A stretch of 42,148 nt of DNA from Dimargaris cristalligena (Eukaryota), in assembly GCA_003614675.1 (NCBI GenBank), contig ML002320.1, positions 1 through 42,148 on the forward strand, read 5' to 3'. A program made the translations under genes and the position numbers. The stretch's first letter is position 1. Every line of letters begins with the position of its first letter. The notes under the pieces were generated by a model. It was not told where the DNA came from. It was given only the letters and a program-made list of their open reading frames with translations, and did no database searches. Of the stretch, positions 1-11,450 are shown piece after piece.

Positions 1-2483
1 GCTATGTATTACCCATAGACGCGAAAATCCAACGGATTGCAATTATAGCAATAAGTTATACTGGACTACGCTCATTGTCCTCTAGACGGAAATTTAGGAA
101 TATCCGAGTATTGCCATGCGCCAAGCACATCAACGGACCCACCACAATAGTAGCACCAATCTACAACCACATGAAGCAGTTTACAAGGAATATCTATATA
201 AACTGTCAACTCCACCCCCTCTACCAATTTCGGCCGCCTTGTTCACTAACACCCCCTCCTGATGCTGGAACTATTTTCAACTTAACAGGAGGTTTTATAT
301 TCGACTTAAATCCCAAAGGAATGGCTATCTGCTATCTAACTTTTGATCCAACAAGGTCTTTTATTTCTAGAGTGACGATGCATGTCCATAACTATGCTCT
401 ACTTGAGTAGGATAGCTTCACTCTTTGCACTAAAGGGTGAATAGTAGGCCGGGCCTTATTTACACCAAACTGATCGGTTAACGGTTTCATGGAAACCTAG
501 GTCTGGGTATATTTATATGATACACACTTTGCACTATTGGAAATACCAAAGATGTATCAAAGCAAAGTGGAAGTAAAGGTAGACAGAAGGTAAATGATAG
601 TAAGTGCTTCTGGGTGGTTAGTTTTATTGAATAGTGTAGTCGATAGAGGGGCATTTTCAGTGGTTAAAAAGAATAGGCACAGGTTAGCTATATAAACTAA
701 CATAATTGACCAGAAACAGGAGAGGATAAGAGACCCATCGGGACATATTTTTTAACAACCCCTACGGCCCGTCAATACATCAACCCCTTGGACAACAACA
801 GACCCGCCATCTACATGTCCTACAGTCCCTGCACTCGTGCCCACGACAAGCCTCAAGGCCCTTTTCTACCCTCAGCGAGTACGCCCCCCCCCCAGCCCAA
901 CTAATGGACGTCGGATGGGACATTGGCAGTGTGTGGGCTCTGATCGCTGGTCCCAATGCACCTATAATTACCAAGTGGTATCCCAGGTGGCCTATGCATA
1001 CTGTCTGTAGTCCAAGTGGAGACGGTGTACACGATTTGCTTCGAAAACCATCAGTGACATGTATTTACCAATTTATGCCCTATATTAATGTCGCTACTAT
1101 GCACGGTGAGCTTTATCATTTATATCAAACCCCGAATATACACTATTCGAATATCTGCCTGCACTCCAATTTAGCTTATCCAGGGACGATGCCTCAGCTG
1201 TATTGCTATTCCAATGACTCATTGCATGATTACGGATTGTATTCAAAGTAACCGTGATAAACCTCCGGCCATCACTGTCGATGTTGCCACCCAGCAGCCA
1301 TTCCTGCTATTCCCGTCATCGTATAAATACCGACGGAATTACCAACCAATTAATAAAGCAGCCGATAATAACTCCGGTTTCTTGATATTATACTTCTTAG
1401 TACCAGTTAGTAGTATCATTCAATACCTTATCGTTATTTCACCTTTATTCCTAACCTCTCCGGTGGTGGGAAATCCTAACGCCCTCCGTACCCTTGTTCT
1501 CCCGAGCCCCTATCTATGACCCATGTACCCTCACTGCCTAAAAAGCCATATATGTATCACCCACAATGTTTCCCATTTAGTTACATACTATATGTCTATA
1601 TTCTAAATAAGTATGCCCATACCATTCGCTACTTTAACCAGCACAATTAGTCGCTGGCTCATTTACCATTATTAGCTGATTTAATCACGGTGTATCCTCC
1701 GACTTAGCAACTGAATCGAACTGGTAATGCTGACGAATGAAACGCCCCCCCCTCTATAATGCGGATAAACAGCCCTAGGTTGATCTACAGGTTGGGGGTC
1801 GACCCTACGCGATATACTATGAGGTCAAGGCACACATCAAGCCATTGATATTAAAGTATCATGGGGGCATTGGGGCACGCTAATCCAGTCCCAATAGAGG
1901 GTTCCACCAGGTATCTACGGTATTAGGCGCCCTCCCAAGCCCCAGGTGGATAGCCAGCTGTTGCGGGAATTGAGGACGTCTCTGGTAAGGAGTCGGAGTT
2001 CTGGTCACTTACTCCTTAAGTATAATTACTAATAATAATGCCAGTGGGAAAATATCGCCAATTTATGCACGATGGGACTACGTAATGTGAATGATTCAGA
2101 CGGGTTAATCCACCGGATAGCTGACTAATAGGTTATGAGGCTTTCCCATAGGCACACCTGGACAGCCCATCTCCGATATATTGCTACTGACTAGTTTGGG
2201 TCAGGTCAACTGTTACACCCAAGCGGAGTTGGTCGTCTTGGCTAATTGCCGTCTAAGCACGAAGGGGCCTTGATTATCCCTCAGCCTCCCCATATACTCC
2301 TTTGCGTAGCCAGGCCCAGTGGCCCACCGTCCATTATAAAAAGGGCCGCCTGTCTCGCCTTCTAATTGGCCCATCAATCATTACTCGCATCGCCTGTCTT
2401 ATTAACTCATTTTGTGCGTCCCCTTTCCTCCGTCGTACCTCCCCCCCCACTTCATCTGCCCAATCAACCCGTTGTTATCAGCC

Positions 2484-3143
2484 ATGACTCGCTTCGAAAT
2501 CCTGTATTTCCAAGCCACCGGCCGGGCCGAAATTCCGCGCGCTATTCTGGACTACGCCGACGTCGAATACAAGTCGACCTACCCGACCGACTGGCCCGCC
2601 GAAAAAAGCCAGACCCCCTACGGCCAGCTGCCCGTGCTCAAGGAGTTTGAATCCGACTCCACCGAACCGTCGTTTGTACTGACCGACTCCGACGCCATCC
2701 AACGCTACCTGGCCGCCCGTTACGGCCTGTACGGGACGAGTCCCGCTGATTTGAAAAACAACGCCCAGCAGGACGCGGTGCTCGGTCAGTGGAAGGATGT
2801 GACGGAGGTCCTGGTTCAAGCCGTCTTCGTTGCCAAGACCGAGGAGGAAAAGGTGGCCAAATTTAAGAAACTCGGGGAAGTTGCCGCCCACTTGTTTAAG
2901 AAGCACGACGAACTGCTGCTCCGCAACGGGACCGGTCACTACGTGGGTAATAAAACCACTTTGGCCGATATTATGGCTTACCTGTGCCTCGAAAACCTGA
3001 CCAAAATGCCCATTTACAAGGATACCCTGGAGGAACATGTGGGCGAGGGTCTGCGCAAGTTCCAGGCCACTCTAGAGCAGGACCCCGCCTTCAAGCGCTA
3101 CCAAGAGCGGGCCGCTGTGCGCCAAGCCGCTTACCAACACTAG
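2484..3143 (+). CDS. Glutathione S-transferase, Tyr-type/sigma-like, intronless, 219 aa
   Basis: ATG in gccATG context at 2484. N-terminal 'LYFQATGRAEIPRAIL', 'TPYGQLPVL', 'DSDAIQRYLA' and C-terminal 'VGNKTTLADI' are typical GST N/C-domain motifs. TATAAAA lies at about 2335. Confidence 0.93.
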   Translation: MTRFEILYFQATGRAEIPRAILDYADVEYKSTYPTDWPAEKSQTPYGQLPVLKEFESDSTEPSFVLTDSDAIQRYLAARYGLYGTSPADLKNNAQQDAVLGQWKDVTEVLVQAVFVAKTEEEKVAKFKKLGEVAAHLFKKHDELLLRNGTGHYVGNKTTLADIMAYLCLENLTKMPIYKDTLEEHVGEGLRKFQATLEQDPAFKRYQERAAVRQAAYQH

Positions 3144-4150
3144 GTTCAATCACTCCATAGCCCCAACCCTCCCATCCTTTTCATTTATTCCAACATGGTC
3201 TGACGTATTGCCTTTCACTTCACTGAGTCTCGAAATGGGCTACGCTTGGCTCAGTGGTGGATATAAATATAATAAAACCTAAATACAACTTTACTCATAT
3301 AAGCGTATATTTTCTTAATTTTGGTCCTTCACTTCAAATTAAAGATTATAGTAGGAGAGGGTAGTTCCTACCGGATTGACCTGTTACTGCTAGTTCGCAA
3401 ACCAGGTTGAACGAAATGGGGTGTCGCAGCTCTTAGAATTCCCCCTCATGATTTTGTTGGAAACGGCGTCCTTATATGGATAATACTAACCGAAAAATAG
3501 TGTATCACACACGCCCCACTCTACTTCCAGACTCGCTAACTTTGCCGCCCCCCTCCCCTTGAATACCCCCACATATTACGACGTAGATGAAATCCAGTAT
3601 AGTCGTATAATATTTTAAATTATATATGTTTCGGCAAATAGAAAGGTTAATTATTCTTAACCAATCTTACTCATCTTACCAAACAGAGTTTTCTTTGTAA
3701 AGCAGGATTGGGCCTTGCCCACATACGCTCTCCTCTACATCAAGTTCGCTCAGTTGGAATATGCCCACAGCCACACTGGATATATTACAAATCGCTTCCC
3801 ATTAATTTCCTCCTCTCGCTCGCCCCACAGAAGGCTTCAGATAGGCCTCTCCCCACTTCCCTGCAATCCAAGTGTTATCATCACGTGATGGTCGACTGGA
3901 TCACGGGGTTACTTGACTTTTATAATCGACGTTTATTTTTATTTTTTCCGTTGCGGAAAAAAATGGATACTATTGAAGCTGATGAGTCTATTTAAATGGT
4001 CTACTAGTTGGTTAATGTAACAGGCAGTATCTTCTTTGGTTCTCCATTATATCTATTTATTTTTCATTCGCCGTTATCGGCAAATGCATCCGTTCGTCTA
4101 ATATGAGTAAACGTAAGTCTATCCTATATTTCTGGTCGAACACCTTTATT

Positions 4151-4225
4151 GTCCAATGATGTATTAATGGAATTACCGTCTGACAATCGTATTCAACCTA
4201 TGGAGTCACATTGCAACCTGAGGGC
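4151..4225 (+). ncRNA. snR77: Box C/D snoRNA, snR77/SNORD65-like (18S Um578-equivalent guide)
   Basis: Box C variant ATGATGT 4156-4162. Guide TGGAATTACCG 4168-4178 is complementary to conserved SSU rRNA CGGUAAUUCCA. D' CTGA 4180-4183 puts the +5 base opposite the U of CGGUAA. D box CTGA 4218-4221, terminal stem GTCC/GGGC. Confidence 0.85.
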
Positions 4226-4414
4226 TTTTACCCCACTATTTACCAGTGTGTTCACTGCGACGTAAGACTAACCCATTTCTTAATGTGCTTGGTTATATTT
4301 ACATTTTTATAGGCTGTTTCATGATGCGATTCCACTGAGATTTATCAATGGAGGGACCTGGTTAGCATACATCATAAGGTAAGACGCCGATTCGATATCC
4401 TGAATTGAAGATAC

Positions 4415-4511
4415 ATCGATGATGACAGAAAACAACAGAGCACTGGTCGCCGACTACAGTCCTGGGGATAAACATGAGGCAGTTGCTCTTAACATGGCGA
4501 CTGCCTGAGAT
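4415..4511 (+). ncRNA. snR76: Box C/D snoRNA, snR76/SNORD88-like (LSU Cm2197-equivalent guide)
   Basis: Box C ATGATGA 4419-4425. Guide CAGAGCACTGG 4436-4446 is complementary to conserved LSU CCAGUGCUCUG. D' CCGA 4450-4453 (+5 base pairs with the C of CCCAG), C'-like ATGAGG about 4474, D CTGA 4505-4508, terminal stem ATC/GAT. Confidence 0.82.
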
Positions 4512-5312
4512 AATTTCTATATTGAAATTCCCTGTCGTGGATATGTTTGAATTGGTATTAATCGATTTCCTTCCTGTTTATGTTACCATTCATATGTATC
4601 TAGGTGTATTGTAAATTAATAAATTCTTAATATTTCCTGTTAAACAACCATTGGATTGTGATTGCCGTTGGTATTGCCTATTTTTGGATGTGGGGAAGTG
4701 TGAATATATTGCCGATTAGGAGAGTATTTTTCAAAGCGGCCTGATGCAACTGTTCGAAAATATTAATAAACGCGGTGATCACGTATGTAGACATTCTTAG
4801 TGTTGTTGTTAATGTAAGACGGTAATAATAGTCCCAACCACTATTACTTTCTATTCAAGTAAGCCGTAGTTAAAGGAAGTATGGCTAAAATAATGACAAT
4901 GTAGAGCGTTAAATGTGCTGAGCCATTCTATATATAATGTGAAGATTATGTGAGAGAAGGGACGCTCTGAAGAGGAATACGAGTAAATGTATACGGTAAA
5001 AAAGTAGGTGAACCAGCATTTTTTTATTACACCAGTTGCTTGCTGACGATGAAGACTACCAAGTGCTAAACTAATATTTCGCAGTGCCCCAAAATGCGAC
5101 ATTGTTGGCAGATGGGCTTTGGGGCCAAATAATAAAGAGCTAGATTCTCAGGTTGAGGCCTGTCGATAAATTTAAACGTATTACTATTCGACGATTAAAG
5201 TATCTAACACGAAATAAAGGACATTACAGTTGGGCATTCCGCTTCGTTAAGAGAGTTAGCGGGATGATAATACTAGTTAATATAATTTAAAGACCATATT
5301 TATTGATATGAA

Positions 5313-5387
5313 GCCTTATTAGCTCAGTTGGTTTAGAGCGTCGTGCTAATAACGCGAAGGTCACAGGTTCGATCCCTGTATGAGGCA
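5313..5387 (+). tRNA. tRNA-Ile (anticodon AAT, read as IAU), intronless
   Basis: Acceptor stem GCCTTAT/ATGAGGC. D arm GCTC...GAGC. Anticodon stem TCGTG/CGCGA with loop CT-AAT-AA (5348-5350). T arm ACAGG-TTCGATC-CCTGT. An oligo-T Pol III terminator follows at about 5395-5400. Confidence 0.97.
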
Positions 5388-5450
5388 ATATTTATTTTTT
5401 GGTTTTGGATTAAACGGGTCGTTGAGTCCTTTTTTAAATTCAATTAGAGG

Positions 5451-5580
5451 ATATGGGTGAAATTCGACCCAGCTATATAAGGTTTTAAATGATGTGTATG
5501 GGAGATTTATTTTCAACCAGTAAGATTTGCTTCATCCAATGGATTTTTCGCTATACAGCTCGGTTGAACCTCTCCCATAT
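5451..5580 (-). mobile_element. MITE-like dispersed repeat, copy 1 (reverse orientation, internally shorter)
   Basis: Imperfect ~30-bp TIRs ATATGGGTGAAATTCGACCCAGCTATATA / TATACAGCTCGGTTGAACCTCTCCCATAT. Homologous to 7132, 14803 and 40918. Confidence 0.75.
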
Positions 5581-7131
5581 ATTACATTTTTATTAATATT
5601 TTCAATTTAATCGATGGTCTTAATGGTATTTATTTATTATGGTTGTTATATAATTACCGAGCTGAATAACGTTGCAAAGCCCAATGATGATTTATAGGTG
5701 AATTGTAATTTATCATTCACGCTTTAGTGTCGCTGAAATGGCTGGCACCTGTTTGACGGTGGGTAGTTTACAAAATGTTATCGGTATAGGATAGGCGATG
5801 GGAAGTAGTAAATGCTATTTATATGGCAAAAACCTGGGGGTTCTGGACTGCGCTGTAAATATCACGTGTTTCCTTTAGTGTGAGTTTAGCGGCTTTGATC
5901 CAGCCGATTGACAGGTAAGCTGACTAGTTAATGGGATAGAAATCAAGGTAAAGCTCTTCTAACTAAGTGAACCTATCCATTTCGGAGGGTGATGTCTATA
6001 TTTCTTCTTCTACTAATTTCGGTAATTTTAGGCATTACACATGAGTATAGGCAAATTAGCAGTATATTTATTTTATTACTATACTAGCAGCGTAATCAAC
6101 AAAAAACAATAATCGGTAAACACCCTGATTGGACCTCTTCTTTGTCGAATGTGGCGATTAAGACATTGCTAAACATAGTTCCCAATTCAGACACTGATTG
6201 AAGATAAGTTGTAGGCATAAGGCCTCGTCATCCTGACGTTGAAATAGTATCGAATTTAAAAGCATGTATTGCCTACGTTTGGCAAACTACGATACAAGCT
6301 GCTACCTATCTTTGCAACCTCAACACCATTTATGCACAGCTCGTTACTGTGTATACCCTCTTACGGCTACTCTTGAACATCCAGTGAATATTTTTACGAT
6401 GAAGTGGTTTATTATTATTTAAAAGACAAACTTAATACAAAATATATAATAAGGGTAATGTATGAATACAGACCGAGACCATTGAAGTAGAATAATTCAA
6501 AGATCTGCGGCCCACAGTTTCGGGAGGTCAAACAAGTTGAAATCTCCCAATGGCCCATGTTCGTGCAAGATACAGGGCCGTTTGTTATCCCCCCAGTTTC
6601 CCACATCAAAGCAACGTGTCACTCATGGACTGCTAGGATGCATTAATAGGGGTTGTAGTCAGACCAGCGTCACTACACAAATATACGCGTCTGACTCGAT
6701 TGACCGGTTGCGTTGCATAAAACTTGAACAACAGTAAATAATAGACTCACCGGGGTTGGAAACGCTAGAAATACATGATGGGTAAAATCAGAATGGACAC
6801 CACGGTGTACGGAAATAGTGAATTTATTAAAGCATAGGAAATCAAGCCGGTGGTAAAATGGACATAATAATATCTTACTGTGAGAGTGGGTAGCGAACTG
6901 TAAATAAAATTACAAATGTAATATTGTTTAGTTCATTATCCAAGAGCGAGGTATGGTTTATATAGAAGAGCGAAGGAAGTGGGCGGGGGTGCTAAGCCCA
7001 AACTGAAGAGAAAAAACCCTTATTGATTCAGATTGCCGAAATAAAAATTTGAACAACCATCAATTTTTTTTCTGAATATGTGCAATGATATCACGTGTTC
7101 TATATGGGGTTGGGCTGGGAGGGTGAGATCC

Positions 7132-7275
7132 ATCTGGGAGAAGTTCATCCAAGCTGTATAACGAAAAATCCATTAGATTCAGCCAATATTACTAGTTAAC
7201 AATACATTTCCCATATATTTTCCCATACACGTATAATGTAAACCCTTATATAGCTGGGCCGAATTTCACCCAATC
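7132..7275 (+). mobile_element. MITE-like dispersed repeat, copy 2
   Basis: GGGAGAAGTTCATCCAAGCTGTATAACGAAAAATCCATT...CCTTATATAGCTGGGCCGAATTTCACCC. Colinear with 40918-41061. Confidence 0.75.
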
Positions 7276-7447
7276 TTCTAAATGCTCTAGTGAGTGTGTG
7301 TTTATACCAATCACTCGTTCTACGCAACTTGTTCTAAAAAAAATAATAATACTGCTCTAGCACGAACTCGCTTGCCCACGGCGATTCAGTGACTGGGGAG
7401 GTTCACTAATGTTTCCCCTGGTACAGTCGATCAAAATAGATGCGAGG

Positions 7448-8791
7448 CTAGTAATATCCAATGTCTAGACAGAAATGCTGGTTGAGACCGTTAATGATTT
7501 CCATGCTCAACTTGTCATGGGGGTTCAGCAAAAAAAAGCCGCCGCGATATCTGGATTGGAGCCATTGGAATTGGTCATTCGAACGCGTCATATCCGGAAA
7601 ACGACCATCCTCCTGAACCTTTATACGGAAGCGGGTGCCCCGGACCTTATATTCACAAGTCTGGGGGTGGACCAAACCCTCGTTGTTTATAATCTGAATG
7701 GGATTACCGTCGGTGGAGGAGGAGGAGGCGGTACTCGAAAAGTAAAACGGTAACTGCAGTTGGTAGGTTGGATGGAGCTGGGGCGGGGGGTTATTCAGCG
7801 AGGGGGTACGCTGCGCTTGGGCCCGTTTAACAAAGTCGTTGATACTCACGACATCGTCCTTCGAATCCGTGTCGGACTCCTCTTCCGGACCGGCGTGTAG
7901 GACTTCGCCCGAGTGAATGGGCCTTAGCGAAGGGCGCCGGTGTTGGCTCGCCAACAGACGGCGGAAGGAATCGAAATCAATGGGATCGCCCAGTTCGTCC
8001 ATGCCCGACCAGTCGGACAGGATCTGGGAGTTTCGGTTGCTTCGCGACCCCTTGAACGGGCGGACGGGACGGCGGAAGGGCTGGGTGTACTGCTGGGGCC
8101 CGAATTGGATACCGCCCCAATCATCCTCGTCGTCCACGGCGGCACCGTATTCGTTAATATAATCGGCCTCGTTGTCACTGGAATACCCGTCCTCGTCCTC
8201 GTCCTCGTCCCCATACTCGCCCTCACCCTCGCCCTCGCCCTCGTTCAGCGGGTGGCTGAGCATCGCAGGGGTGGGGGAACGGTTCCCGCGGTAAGGGCCC
8301 ATCGGGGACTTGCCCTGTCGGCGAGTGAGCTGTACCATGTCGGGCTCAATCGTTACGAGCACGTAAGCGCCTTGGCTAGCCATGTTGAGGGCATTTTGGC
8401 GCTTGGCCGACACAACGAGGTATTCACTTTCGGACATCTTGTCCTTCAACCCGGGCCAGGCGAGGTAGTCGTTGATGAGTTGGTTAAGGTGGCTAAGGTG
8501 GTTGGATTCCACGTGCAAATTGGCCTGGGATTCGCTAAACCGGTCCGAAATAATCGACAGGGATGAAGTGCGCGACAGGTTGCTGGTCTGGTCGAACGGG
8601 AGGGCGGGGGTCTGCGACTTTTCCTTGGTGATTTTGATGAAGGGGAATGCCCGGGTCGTTGTGATACCCAGTCGTAACCGTGAGCCGCTCGAAGACAAGT
8701 CCGGAGACTCTTCCTGCATCGGCTGGCCTAGCGACTCGCTCGATAGGAGCAGGAGGAGGCCTATGGTACCTATTAAACGGGCTTTAGTCAT
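7448..8791 (-). CDS. Orphan secreted protein (447 aa) with acidic low-complexity centre; candidate effector
   Basis: Long ORF with strong codon bias. Signal peptide MTKARLIGTIGLLLLLSSESLG. Contains a GEGEGEGE/DEDEDED tract. No recognisable family. Confidence 0.8.
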   Translation of the reverse strand: MTKARLIGTIGLLLLLSSESLGQPMQEESPDLSSSGSRLRLGITTTRAFPFIKITKEKSQTPALPFDQTSNLSRTSSLSIISDRFSESQANLHVESNHLSHLNQLINDYLAWPGLKDKMSESEYLVVSAKRQNALNMASQGAYVLVTIEPDMVQLTRRQGKSPMGPYRGNRSPTPAMLSHPLNEGEGEGEGEYGDEDEDEDGYSSDNEADYINEYGAAVDDEDDWGGIQFGPQQYTQPFRRPVRPFKGSRSNRNSQILSDWSGMDELGDPIDFDSFRRLLASQHRRPSLRPIHSGEVLHAGPEEESDTDSKDDVVSINDFVKRAQAQRTPSLNNPPPQLHPTYQLQLPFYFSSTASSSSTDGNPIQIINNEGLVHPQTCEYKVRGTRFRIKVQEDGRFPDMTRSNDQFQWLQSRYRGGFFLLNPHDKLSMEIINGLNQHFCLDIGYY

Positions 8792-11450
8792 GCTGGTCTA
8801 AATCTACCGGATATTTAAAAATGAGGCGGGTATATATACCTCTGTAATAGGATACGGTGGAGAGAATCTCAAGTGGCATTAATTTACTTCAGGATAACTC
8901 AAGCAAAGCAAATAAATACAAACTGCACATTCATAAGAATAGGTTTACGGCATTAGGTTAAAATGGGCAAGACTAGTAGTTGGTGGAGAGTGTAACTTAG
9001 AGGCAGGGGCGATTCCACTTAACTTATATACCTCCCAGGTGGAGGAATATAAGTGTTACTAGTGCGATTGTCGGACCCCAAAACTGAAATAGGTAACCCT
9101 CTCCTCACATGCCGCCTACCAAACGCCGAGGGGCCTGATTGGGTTTTAGCAGCCGCTACCCTTATCTCGGGTGGAAGCATTGGAGTTTAGGAAGCGAGGA
9201 ATAGCCGAACGAGGTCATTTTTCATTCGTTTGGTTTTCTACATCAGGGAATGCTGATTTGGCTTCTGTGTTGTTTCATCCATATGGTCATCCCCCCCTTT
9301 TTATCGTTCCCTAATCTCTAATTTTAGCAGAGAGAATAAGAGAGAGAGAGATATCTTTGCAATTCGTAACACATACGAAGTCGCCAAAATAGGACACTCA
9401 GGCTCGTTACACATGAAAGAGGCGCGATTCCCAAAGAGTCGCTGGCCAATCTTTGTTTAATCGGGGGCGACTTCCGCTGATTTAATAATCCCAATGATCG
9501 GGTGGACTGAAGCTGTGGCCCATCGGTGGTGGACAAAGACCCTTGGGGATGGGTATAGGTGTCCGGACGTGAAAGATTTGGCAGTGTCTCATACCCTGCG
9601 TAACGTTGGGCTCTGACACAATCCGCTTCCCGGCCTACCCCGTCGACGGACGAATAGAATGCCGAAGATTACTTAAAAATAGAAGCAAGCCTTCTGCGTC
9701 AGTGGCTCAAAATAGCCATTCGTTTTAGGGCGTACGCGGAATTGCTGCCGCTGATGCCATTTCAGTCGGGTGACTGGGTTAGCCAGCAACTTGGTCAGCT
9801 ACAACATCTCGGCCGGTTCAATTGCCCCAGCGTACGTCATTTCCGGGGATTTGGGGTCTATGAGTAAGGAAGCCAGTCTATTGAGTATCCTTAATATACC
9901 ACCGGTGGATGAAGCGCTCGATGGACTACCCCCCACTCACCCATCTTAGCTTGTCGTAGCATGTGGGTAGCGCAGACCGGAGTGTATTTACTGCACTGCT
10001 CGGGGTGCGTTAATAACCCCTTGGGGTGTATCATACCCATGGTGAGCTGAATGCGACCCTGAAGTCGTTGTCTGATCCCTGCTTTACCATAATTAAGGCC
10101 GACACCAAATAGGATTTTTCAGCCCAAGGGTCAACTGATCAGGGTGCGACGTGGTGCACACCCGCAGTGGAGATGTCTGATGGAGCCCCTTTGGCTAAAA
10201 AGAACCATTCCCCTCCTCCCCGTTTCCCATCAAATCGGGCCAGACTGGACGACGGGAGTCGTCAGCTTGTTGGCGCGATGGAGCTACCTACTTTTTAGGG
10301 CAAACTGGGCCTAGGAAAGGATCCAGCGAAAATAATCTATATCACTGGTGGCCAAAACCGGACGGAACATCTGCCCTCTTGTCCTTTATGACACTCGATT
10401 AGGCTGGCGGTGGGCCGTGTGCAACATGTAAATACATAAACAAGTGTGCCCAGCCCAATATCGCAATAAATACCCTGGCCTGCTGTCGTTTGGCGAAGAT
10501 GAGATGGATTGGGGAGGCTGGTTAAATAGGGGACTGGCTGCTACATGCCGTGCTGAGGAGGGGGGCTTCAGCAGCAATAGAGGTAGGGGATATAATAAGG
10601 GCAATATGCCCATGTTGGTCAGCCGCTCCCAGGACCATGCAGTGGGCTGGGCCCAGCTTGGGTCACTTGATAGGGGAGATAACCCCAGTCCAGTCTATTC
10701 CGGCCTTAGCTGAGCTACGGTTATAGAGGAGAGGTATCGTACTTACACGATCGATGTAGTGGAAGAACCCCGCCAGAGTGTGCGGGGCTTGATTTTATTC
10801 ATTGGCCTTAGCCGTACATACCATAGGGTAGAGTGAACAGCACCAATGGGATACGCAAGGTTTGTTGACAACCCCGTTCCCCTCCTCCCGGTCCTGGCTT
10901 CGGAATTCCGACCAGGCTTGTGGTTGTCCTCATCCCCCGAACGTCGCATTGCCCGACTGACTGGCGTTTACCTTTTACCCAGCGCTTGGCTTGGTTAAGC
11001 TTAATTTTCGGCTCTGCTTAGGTTAATAGGCAGGCTTTCCCCTTCCTTACACACGCTTCGTTTTTCCCTTCTCCTTACATCATCTCAGCCCTTGCCTTGA
11101 ATCCCCCCCTCGCTTCTTTCCTTCGTCTCACCGTATCTATCCTCTCTATTGCCATTCCGCTCGTTCCCTGAATTTGGATCTACGTGTTTCTAGGGGTCGA
11201 TCGTCCGCATCCTATTTTGCCTCCGCCGAGCCCTGCCTCCCGCCGGTCCACTAATCTGCCATACCCCGTCTATTCCGTAATCGACTCTGAATACCCGTGT
11301 AGTCGGCATTCTCTAGCCTATCTTTGAATTAAGCCAAGGTCGTCGTCGTCAGCTACTTGTAGCCATACCCGCGGTTGAATTCATCCCCTCTCCAAACCCC
11401 CGTTTAAACTATTTGAGCATTGCTTCAAGTCACGCCCCATCCGCATCGCC

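Larger units (their letters stand above)
4030..4650 (+). ncRNA. Spliced non-coding snoRNA host transcript (3 exons; introns 4113-4312 and 4379-4603); ends approximate
   Basis: Donors GTAAGT (4113) and GTAAGA (4379). Branch GACTAAC at 4266-4272. Acceptors TTTTTATAG (4312) and ATCTAG (4603). Exons encode only an 11-aa ORF, and each intron contains one C/D snoRNA. AATAAA follows at about 4618. Confidence 0.7.

Noticed and set aside
2478..3038. Long antisense or overlapping ORFs (also 7940-8566, 16901-17341, 30010-30474, 31789-32346)
   Set aside because: Shadows of codon-biased genes on the opposite strand; no independent features.
4103..4338. Spliced 11-aa ORF MSKRCFMMRFH in the snoRNA host
   Set aside because: Too short with no recognisable similarity. 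Short ORFs are typical of snoRNA host transcripts.
10014..10026. TAACCCCTTGGGG resembling the start of the T7 terminator
   Set aside because: Only a 13-nt match with no flanking vector sequence; chance.
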